This document shows positions 51,062 through 61,226 of a stretch of DNA of 64,000 bases, in pieces. Made by a program: the position numbers and the translations under genes. Numbering within the stretch: position 1 is the first letter of the stretch; each line of letters begins with the position of its first letter. Origin of the DNA: Azolla caroliniana (lineage: Eukaryota; Plantae; Polypodiophyta); NCBI GenBank assembly GCA_043228905.1, contig JBHGNT010000020.1:15004001-15068000 (forward strand), read 5' to 3'. The notes below the pieces were generated by a model. It was not told the origin of the DNA, made no database searches, and was given only the letters and a program-made list of their open reading frames with translations.

Positions 51062-51690
51062 TTTTGCAAAAAAACTTAAATACAGTTGTGTCATGACCCA
51101 AGGCTCAATTAGCAAGCCCATTGTTGCTAAACCTCACCATAAAGTGGTAGCTTAATTGTTTGTATTGTTTTAGCCACATTTCCACGCTTGATGTTATAAG
51201 ATCATATGTTGCTCTCGTAGGATGAAAGTGGATGTATGAGTGAATGGTGGAACAATCAATGCCATGAGTGCAATGAAAGAACGATCAAACCCTAAAATTT
51301 TGGAAATGCTAGAAATCAATATATTGTGGGTCTTTTTTAAAAAACCTTGATGCATGCGGCACCTGTTTTTTGTTTTACGACCTATTGCCTGTTTATAATG
51401 ACCTGACGTTTTTATATGAAAAGCATTCATAGTACATGTAAGTTGCATTATAGACATGAGCTTGCTTTTATGGTTTGTTTTGCGTTATTTGTCAAACTTC
51501 GTATAGAAATTCTACAAGAAGTGTGACAATGCTTACAAAATAGTTGATTATTTGTCAAACTTCTTATAGTTGAAGAACAAAGATTTAGATTTTTTTGAAA
51601 AAAGAATTTTTATTGTAGACTTTTGGGTTCATAGATTGGTATAATGTGGTAGGTTTATTCTTCAACGTGTAAATATATTTTCAAGAGATA

Positions 51691-51732
<42 letters not shown>
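51691..51732. repeat. Compound (AT)n(AG)n microsatellite
   Basis: (at)11 followed by (ag)10, read directly. Confidence 0.95.
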
Positions 51733-51779
51733 GAGGCGGGAGAGATAGAAATTGCAAATGTTGCACCTTGGGTGGATTG

Positions 51780-52200
51780 GCGGTTATAGGATGGTGCATG
51801 CATGTTACAGGTCACTACAAATATATTGTATCATCATTGGCTATCATCTAAAGCAGAAAATGTATGGAATGTATGTAGGTCAAATGCAAGGTGGTGGAAA
51901 ATATTACAATGTGGTTGGCATCCCCATCAACCATTTCGTGCAAAGGTATTCATATGGACACTCATGATTGTTTGGCTGCCAATAGCTTTACCCTCAAAGA
52001 GATGAGGACTACGGTAAGGCACTTGTTTCTTTTGCACCATTCCATCGTTGGAGGGCAGTACACATAGGTTCATTACATGACCTATAGTGTGTACCATGTG
52101 GTCCATTAGAGATCTAAGTGCAGTTTGACTAATAAGCTGGAACGATGCTTTATATATCTTATGTGAGTTGGGCTCCTTCCTTCCATATTTTATAGCAACC
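51780..52200 (+). mobile_element. LINE ORF2 C-terminal zinc-finger (zf-RVT) remnant upstream of copy D
   Basis: W..HQPFRAKVFIWTL...LPI...KR*GL..GTCFFC....EGSTHRFIT*PIVCTMW matches the P.K.K.F.W...LP...C.FC...ES..HLF..CP...W pattern. Confidence 0.6.
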
Positions 52201-52397
52201 AGCATGTGGCTCGGTTGACCACATCCAATCCATATAGTTGTCACTCTAGCACGTTCTATAATGATTAATTAGCTGTAATGATTAATGAGTTCTTTTGAAA
52301 TTTTTTTAATGTTTGACTTACAATTTTGATGTGGCAATTCTTCCTTTTTCTTTTTCCCTGCATCGTTCATTCATCTACTATGATTTATTATGCCCCC

Positions 52398-52404
52398 TAT
52401 AAAT
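52398..52404 (+). promoter_or_regulatory. Candidate TATA box of copy D
   Basis: ctataaat about 105 bp upstream of ATG 52508. An alternative ctatataa lies at ~52439. Confidence 0.3.
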
Positions 52405-52507
52405 GAATGAAAAGTCCAAGCTAGATTTATGGACTCTACTATATAATCATTCTTCGAATGCAACTTACCTCCTTCCCCATAGATCGCTCTAATCCTCCAA
52501 TACCACA

Positions 52508-54544
52508 ATGGCGGCGGCGCTTTCTTGTCGTGTGTGGATCATGAATATCCTCCCCTTTCCGTACTTCATTCTGGGCATCACACTTCTCCAGATACTCCCC
52601 TCCACCCTGGCTCAAGAATCCGGTGGGTGCATTTGTTTTGTTTGGTATGTAGGAGCTGATGTGATTCATATCGTAATATGCTGAAAGTTGCTTGATTTCG
52701 CTAGGGTTCTTGAGCATCGATTGTGGGTCCTCGGCCACAGCTAAGTACGTCAACCCTTCCACTACGATCCAATGGCAGCCAGATGCCGTGATTTGGCCGG
52801 AAATTGGAGATTGGTCCGCCACCGCTAGCGTCAGCCCGCCTGCATCCATGGCAGAACAGACCCAATATGCCACACTGCGCTATTTCCCCACTACTAGTAA
52901 GGCCCTGAATCAGAGCAAGTTCTGCTACACCCTAGATGCCGTTGCCGGCAGCTATTACTTGATTCGTGCCTCCTTCTGGTTGGGCCTGAAGCAGTTGTAC
53001 CCAACGCGCGTGAGCGGGCAGATCAGGTTCCGTGTGATAGTGGACAGTTATGAAGGCGTTGAGATTGTGATTAATGTACCTCAGAGCAATCCGTGGTTCG
53101 AAGAGTTGTACATCGGTGCGCAGAGTGGAAGGTCGAGCGTGTCTGTATGTCTTTCCGCAGCCTCCGACAGCAGTGACGTCCCGTTCATAAACTCTCTGGA
53201 GTTGCGTCCTCTGCCGTCCACAATGAAACCCGTAGAAATGATGAAGAGTACAAATTATGCGCTACGCACTGTCTGGCGAGAGGACTCGGGTGCCTTGTCT
53301 GCAGTTCCGCCGATCTTAAGGTGAGTAGTAGTTATCTGAAATCATACACTGGGATAAGCAGCTGGGAAGATTAATTCACCCCTCCCATCCTATTTCATGT
53401 GCTCTCCAGGTATCCCAATGATACCATTGATAGGTTCTGGTGGAGATTCAATAATTCTAACACAAACACATTCTGGACTACTGACACGGTGGCTAAGGGG
53501 AATTCTTATGATTTTCCTCCAGTGGCGGTGATGCAAACCAATTTCATCAATAACACTATCATCTTGAACCCAAGTACTCAAGCATCATCATCCGATGTGT
53601 TGACGGCTAGCACACTCTACGGAAGCCACTACTATTTCATGGCGTTATGGTTTGTTGAGTTCAATCCAAATGTTAACACCTCTGGACAGAGAGTGTTCAA
53701 TGTCGCCATCAACGAGGAAGTCTTTAACAATGAGATCGACATCTACCGTACTGTTGGCGCCAACACAGCTCTTGAGGTCTACAGCCCGACAGATAGGCCA
53801 TTGGGGCCTTATATAGACCGATTCGTAATTAAGATTGATGATTTCTCCTACGCTAGATATTATGCTAGTTTGGCTGCAGCTGAGATCTTCCAGCTGTTCG
53901 ACAACCCCCTCAATACCACGACCTCCTCGTCTGACAGTACGTCGTCCTAATCCAATGAATTCCACTCCCTAAACAAAATTCCACTCGTCCTAATCAATAA
54001 CTCCTTCATTGTGCATATAATTTGATTGCAGTTCTGGCTATACAAGATTTGGTTACAAGCAGCCTGCCAGCGTTACAAAGATTTATGGGGGACCCATGCT
54101 TACCGCTGCCATACAAGTACCCGTGGATCAATTGTGATCATGCGAACCAAAATCTACCGGCCAGAGTAACATCTATGTGCGTCTGAAACATTTATGTGCA
54201 TATCTACATGCCGATTGCAAGCCCTCATCATTATTGTGATAAAATAGTTGTAATTTGTTTGATATAATTCATGCAGCTCCTTACCTAGCTATAGTCTAGT
54301 AGGGACTCTTGCGAGCAGTATCAACAACTTGGATCAACTTGTCACACTGTAAGACCATTTTATTTCTGATAATTATAGTGTTAATTGATAGTAGTAATAT
54401 AATCACTTCACTGACTGCTATGGAGATGAAATTATACATTGGAAACATATATATTATTGACTCTTCTGTGCACAGCGTGTTGAGTGACAATAACTTGCAA
54501 GGGTCTTTGCCCAGCTTGAATAATTTGGTGAATCTTCAAACCTT
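52508..54544 (+). CDS. Malectin-like/LRR receptor kinase copy D, 5' part (signal peptide, malectin-like domain, first two LRR exons); continues beyond window or is truncated
   Basis: Exons 52508-52622 (MAAALSCRVWIMNILPFPYFILGITLLQILPSTLAQES), 52705-53320 (GFLSIDCG, TLRYFP, YYLIRASF, PFINSLELRPL), 53410-53936 (RYPNDTIDRFW, LWFVE, RVFNVAIN, LAAAEIF), 54032-54176 (GDPCLP), 54277-54348, 54476-54544. All in frame with no stops. Confidence 0.9.
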
Positions 54545-54829
54545 GTAAGTTATTCCGTTATCTCTACTCCAGTACTATATAGAATTAAGTGGTATTTTAC
54601 TCTGTCAGGAAAATTAGATTTATAATTATGTGGTATGTTGTTGGGAAAGGGTGCCAAAATACCAATGGACAACCAAGCACATAATCGATTTTATTTTCTC
54701 TGAATTACCGTGAATTAATAGGGGAATGTGCAAATAGTACAAAATCTCCATAGAACATTTAGGGTCATACCAATTAATTAAATTAAACTTTAAGACAGAC
54801 ACTTTAAGATGGCTACTAATAACAAAATC

Positions 54830-55700
54830 GACATCAAATATTACATCACTGCCATGGTAGAATCATGGCTTAATCAAGTTTTCATTAAACTTGGACTTAA
54901 ATGAGAAACATTTACCACCAGAATTGGAAGACAAAGAGGATTGAAACCAATATATGTGTAGAGCACGTAACTGTTGTGAAGTTATGCGTGTGCGCATGAA
55001 ATGTGAGTGGGAGCACTGAAGACCTAAACCTTGTAGGTGTCTTGTAGGTGTCGTGTTTGAGAATGTCAATGTTTTCCAAATTGTGTTGCTTCCGATCTCT
55101 CTCTTTCTTTTGCTAATCCCATCATTATCCTTTCTCTTACTTTCGCTAATCCCATCATTATCCTTTAGACCATCAATGCGAAATCTACATTGGTTGTCAT
55201 CCTCCTCTATCACTCTTACACATTGGGTTCAACAACGATGTTGCCTAAAACACTCATGCACATGGATTGTGAGGAGAGCATTTTGACCTCTTTGTTCCAC
55301 TCGTTGCGTGAATACTTTTCGTATGTCGCTACCGCACAAAGACCGAGATTGACACTCCAAGGACAACTTTAAGTTGCATGGCTTTATTTTCTTTACATTT
55401 GTGACATTGAGTAAGACACATCTTAGCCCAATACAAATGAGTAGAGATGAGAACGAGCGTGTGATGCATTCCAAAGTGCCTCACTAAGGGTGCATCTTGG
55501 CATTCAAAAATAATTCTCTTTTTGACCTCATGCAAATCTAGAACACAAAGCTTCCCATTATGGTAGAGCATATCATTAGCAATGTGGAAGCCTACGATCC
55601 CTTCAAGGATGATGTGATTTTTGTTCATGACTTAGTTCTTCTCTAGTGTCTGGCAAAAATTGTCATCAAGATACTTTCTTTGAAGGTGACCATACAGATT
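54830..55700 (-). mobile_element. Gypsy integrase remnant shared with copy B intron
   Basis: ORF 55329-55628(-) LYHNGKLCV..KRIIFECQDAPLVRHFGMHHT..HLYW..CHKCKENK. Colinear with 10450-11560. Confidence 0.7.
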
Positions 55701-56159
55701 GAATGTTATTTCAGTAAAGTTAAAACATGTTAACTTTGATGATGTGACTGCATAAGTAATAGTGATATCATATGGAAAAATCAAAACCCTAGATTAGATC
55801 TACCTGTCCTGTCTTACGACCCTAGAATTTGTGTGGGGGCTTTAGGTATGGCTATACATATGAGGCCTATGTATCCTCATTAATGAAGCATTCGACTATG
55901 TCCAAACTCTGACCTTGCGGTGAACATACACTTTTGGCAAAATTCCAATACCATTTATGACTCAAAGCCATAGTGATGGTATGGGACGTCATTCAATGCT
56001 TAGATCTTTCTCAATCCCTTCACTTGGGGATGGTCGAGTGGATCGGCACCCTTCTTTACATTCTCATTTAACCCTCACAATTTTTACATCATGTGCAAAA
56101 AACAATGTTACAAACTATCAGGAGAGAGTTATGGTTATGTTCGTAACATGAATACTACA

Positions 56160-57345
56160 AAAAATTGTGCATGATAGCATCGAAAGACCATGAGGTGAAG
56201 ACAATGCCAAATGTTACTTCCACCTTAAGCATAGATTACGCATTGCTATGTTGTTTGGAAAGCAAGGTAGCGTCTTGGTTTTTAGACTCTAGAGAATCAT
56301 TCCACGCTACTTCAAAGAAAGGACTCCTCAAGATGAAACGTCGTTGGAAACCTTTGAGAGGTATATCATGGTGATGGTCCACCTTGTCTTAGTACTAGTA
56401 AAGGTGTATTTAAGATTAAGTTGAATGGATCCATGTGGGAGTTCAAGAATGTCAAGCATATTCCCAACCTGAGAAAGAACTTAATCTTATTAGGTGGATA
56501 TGTATGCTAAATGTAGTGAACTTAGATTGGATGGGGTCGTTCGGCATGGCTTTACAATATTCATTGTAATATTGGACTACTTTGTATATTGCCTCTAGCC
56601 ACTTCACTTTTAACACCAATGGAGGAAACTTTTTCATGAAAAAAAGAACTTAATCTTAGTAGGGAAATTGGCTAGCGAAGGCGACACACGGAAACTTGAA
56701 TGCAGAGATATACATGCACCAACCAGAAGGTTTGTAATAAATAACAAAGGAAAACATTGTATAGAAACTCTAGACGCATTTGTATGGCCTAAAAGCAACC
56801 CCAAGGCAATGGTAAAGAAAGTTGATAGTTTAATGCACAAGGAAGGTTTCCAAATTGGCAATGTTGACCATTGTTGTTGTAACGTCAGAAGGTATTAGCT
56901 ATATCATTATATTAGAATATGTCGATGATACGTTAGTAGTAGATTCAAGTATGGATGACATTAGAAGGTTAAAGCAACAATTTTCATTTAAGGAGTTTGA
57001 TATCAAGGACTTGGCTAGGATTTAGCAAAGGCAATTCTTGAAATGCAAATTACAAAATATAAGCATAGAGGGATTTCGCAATTATCTCAATTGGAGTACA
57101 TCAATCACGTTTTGCAGAGATATAAAATGGGTGATGCCAAGCCGGTTAGCACACCCTTGGAAATTCACTTTCACTTATACAACTATCAATCCCTTCAGAG
57201 AAAGGAAGAGAGAGGTTTCATGGTTAAGGTTCCTTATGCTTTAACCATTAGGAGTTTGATATATGTAACGGTTTGTACGAGACCAAATTTTGGCCATGCA
57301 ATGGGAATTGTTAGTAGATATATGAAAAATCTAGGGAAAGCACAT
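56160..57345 (+). mobile_element. Degenerate Copia remnant (protease to RT)
   Basis: SWFLDSRESFH (protease-like), tgtatggcctaaaagcaacc (YGLKQ), YVDD at ~56918, KVPYA..IRSLIY..VCTRPN..HAMGIVSRYMKNLGKAHW. Confidence 0.7.
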
Positions 57346-57842
57346 TGGGTGACACCATTAGATCCCTTGTCATATCTAGGAGACTAACCTTTTCTACTTT
57401 ATCAATAGGGAGACACTATTAGATCTCTTTTGTGTGGTTTCATAGAACAACCTAATATGACCCATGCCTTGCATTTCAGTAATTTCTTGAGCCTAAAGTT
57501 GAAGGTCTCACCATTAGATCTCTTCAATGTGGCTTCGTAAAACAAGAACATAGAATGTAGTTGCTTGTAGTAAAGAATTTTAAGATATATATATGCGGCA
57601 CCACAAAGAATTTTTTGCACTTTGGTAAGAGTAAGTTAAAAGAACAAGGTTACATAAGCACAAACTAACTACTGAAAAAGTTAATAGAAGGAATTGACAT
57701 GGTTGTGAACTCCAAGATCGATCACATTTGCAATGACTAAGGATGATGCTAAAGCTTTCATTGATAGCAAACCAACCGAAATATGGGTTGACCACATTTC
57801 TAACTCAACTTTGACCTTGATAAGTTTTCCTAACGAGGGTAT

Positions 57843-60800
57843 TGTTAAAGTAAACGTGCGGAAGCTTATGAGACAAAACCGGTTGTACCGGGTAACAACA
57901 GAATATTGAGAAGAAAGGTTTAATGGAAACCTTGCACAAGGGAGAGACAGATAGGGAGAAAAGCAAAAAGTTAATTCAAAATAATAACACTCTGTACCTA
58001 GAATGTGCTTAGAGAGCAGTTTTATACAAGTCCGTAAAGGACAGACAGAAGTACTGACAAGTACTTCAATGCTCATACGATCGTTTGATACTGACTCCCA
58101 AAAATATGCCTACGTAGCAGGCTAGATCCGTAGGCCTCCAATGGCCTACCGGTTTTAATCCAATACGGCTCTCCGATCTGGGTCCTGGTTCCAGATACGG
58201 TTGAGCTTGCTCACTCAACACTCCCCCTCAAGCTCAACTTGACGTCAGATCATGTTGTCAACATGTGTGATGGCCGGTTCTTCCGGCCGACCTCTTCTTG
58301 CGTCCTCCCGCCTTGCTCGCGCTCCTTGTCCGGTCTGGTTCCACTTCTCGCAACCCATCCGGTTCGATGCCCTCGACCTCGTTGGTCTACTTGTTTGCTC
58401 CATAGACCCACCTCAGCTCCTTCACTGTCATGAGTTCGACGCTTTTCAACCCGTCATCTCCTCCGTATCGGCGTCGACTTCTGTTGACTCCTCGGCAGTT
58501 TGGCTTCGAGTTGATCCGGCTCATCCGAATCAAACACTTCTTTCGAATATGGTGCATCCGATTTGTTCCATCTCTTTTCTGGATTGGCTGTCTCCAATCC
58601 GTCTCCCGTTTTCCGGCCTTTCACAACATGACCATGTCCGGGTCTTGGCCTTCTCCTTCCGGTCGGCTCTGTCCTTTTTTACTCTACCTCCACCGCCGCT
58701 TGTTCTGATATGTCGACTCTTCTAGTCGACTCAGCTTCCTTTTCCTTCTTATCTCCCCCTTTCTTGGTTCTTTCCTCTCTGGCCCCTTCTTTGGTGCCAA
58801 TACTTGTTTCCTTTCGAACTCTCCCCCTCAAGTGGGTTTACCGTCGTCATCTTCGCCACCGGAGCAAAGGTCTCGTCGTAGTCGATTCCGTGGGTCTACG
58901 CGTATCCCTTCGCCAATAACCGGGCCTTATACTGGTTTACTGAACCGTCAGCATTGTACTTCACCTGATATACGCACTTACAATTGATCGGTCTACATTG
59001 TCGGGGAAGGTCAACCAGGTCCCAAGTGTCATCGGCATTGACTGCCCGCATTTCTGCTTCCATTGCGGCACGCCAATTTGCATCCTTTGCCTCTTCTGCA
59101 TAGCTCTCCGGCTCATGCACTTCTGCCACTTTGGTCATGTACACATAGTGATGCGCCATGTACTCATTCTATCTGTACCTCTTTACGGGGTTCTTCTGGT
59201 GGGTTGATTGGCGTAACTTCTCGTTAGCCGGTTTGAGGCCCTTCTTGGCCGGTTCGAACTCCGTTTCTAAAGATCTGACTTCGTTCTATCCAGAGTCAAA
59301 ATCACTTCGATTTGACTGTTCGTTGCCGATATCGTATTCCGACATCTTTTTCTTCCCTTTCTGTGTGCGCATGAACTGTCTCCTTTGTTCCTTGCGAGGG
59401 GAGAGCACGACAAAGTGTCCAGTACTCGCCGGTTCTTCATCCGACTTCCGACTCAGCCACTCATTTGGCTAACTTAGCTAGAATGAGATCAGACTCTCAT
59501 CTAGAGTACTAAATCCTTCTTCACCTACTTAGGTCTCCTCCGGCTGACTGGCCTCATCCTCTAGAATCGGTTCGGAGTCGGACATCGGAGACAGCAGAGA
59601 GTACCATGATGTCAACTCATCAAATTCGACATCTCAGCGCACTCGAACTTGTTTTGTTCGGGGGTTATAACACTTGTACCCCTTTTGCTCATGTGAGTAG
59701 GCGACTAGTATGCATTTCTCCAACTTCGGATCCAGCTTGCTCCGTTTCTCATCCGGTACATGCACATAGGGTATGCTACCAAATATTTGAAGGTGCCTTA
59801 AATTCAGCTTCCTCCCGAAATATAGCTCATGTGCTGACACCTCGTCTCCGATCCGGTTTTGGATGTAGACGGTCGTGCGGACCATCTCAACCCAGTAGAA
59901 TTTGGGCATACTTTTCTCCTTAAGCATTGCCTTCGTCGCGTCGACAATCGACCAGTTCTTTTGTTCCGGTGTGTACCTGCAACTGAATTCTCTCCAAATT
60001 TCTTTTTGATGTAGATAACTGTTGAATTGGTCGGAAAAAATTCCTTTCCGCCATCTAACCGCAGGCACTTGATCTTTCTTTCAATTTCGCATTCAACTAA
60101 GCTTTGAAGGTTCCGGAAACATTCAAAAACTTCACTTTTCCTCTCGATGAGATAAGTCTAACTGAGTCAGTTGTAGTCGTCAATGAAGGAGACGACATAT
60201 CGACATATTTGAATGGATTAAGTCGAGATTGTTAGGGATCCGGTTTCGTTCGATGGGGAATGGAAGCCGATGTTGCTTCCGGAGTTGGCAGGATTCCCAA
60301 ATTTGGGCTTTCCGGCCACTAAACTTTCGCAATATGAAAACAACTATTTTCAATTGCAGATCCTCAAAACTCTGGTAGTTAACGTGGCCAATCCACTTGT
60401 GCCAGAGATTGATGTCTGATTCAATCTTCTATCCTTTGGCAGACAAGGTGGTCCCGACGTCATTGGTGTTGAGGATAAACTTAATCCGGTCTCTGCGCCC
60501 TTACGCGATTATCTGGCCTTCTTCCTTGATGAAGCACCCGAGGTGCGTAAACCGCATCTGCATTACCTAGTCGACGATTTGTCTGACCGACACTACGTTC
60601 TTTGTGATTGTGGGAACGTGTAGCACGTTCATAAGTTTCCCTTTCTGTCCACCATGGCTCAAAGGAACTTCTTTGACATGCACGATCGGGTGAGGAGTAT
60701 CGTCTCTGGTTTTGACAACTCCCAGTTGTTCCTATTTCTCTATGAATGAGAACCACTCTTCGTGGCTCGTCCTATGGTTAGATGCTTAGGAGTCAACATA

Positions 60801-61226
60801 GCACACTTCCTCCGATCTGGAAGTAGTCTTGTTCAATTGAGTTCACCTTGTGTTTCATCACGAAGACTGGCCCTTTTTCCGGTCTTCCCGGTTCCGGATC
60901 CTTCTGATCCTCCTGCGCAGTGTGAGCTTTGCCGGTTCCCTGGCCTGGCCTTGTTGGATCCGGATTTATTAGAATCGGCACGCTTCTTCCAGCACTTGCT
61001 CTCTCTATGGCCTTTCTTCGCACAGTACCAGCATTTTGTGTCGCCTTCAGTTGCTAGTTTCTGGTGCCACTTTGACTCCGCCTGCTTGTGGAGGGTCAGG
61101 AATGATTGTCGGCAGTGTCTTTGTGCCTCCGGTTCTGCTCTTGCGGGCCGCCTCCATTGCGTGCTGACCCACCTCCTCCTCCATGCCCACGGGTCCGATC
61201 CGCCTCTGTGTACAACATCCGGTTGT
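57843..61226 (-). mobile_element. Copia element (same family as 15308-16797 and 19528-23110), RT/RH internally deleted, gag interrupted at 61226
   Basis: 3' LTR 57843-58220 and PPT (ctccccctcaag on +, 58221). RT start YKARLLAKGYA..GIDYDETFAPVAKM is joined directly to the RNase H end at ~58832. Integrase YTPEQ..MLKEKSMPKFYW..RSKLDPK; gag knuckle CWYCAKKGHRESKC. Confidence 0.85.

Noticed and set aside
58252-58919. Several + strand ORFs (also 59606-59923, 60762-61253)
   Set aside because: Antisense shadows of the minus-strand Copia coding and extension sequence.
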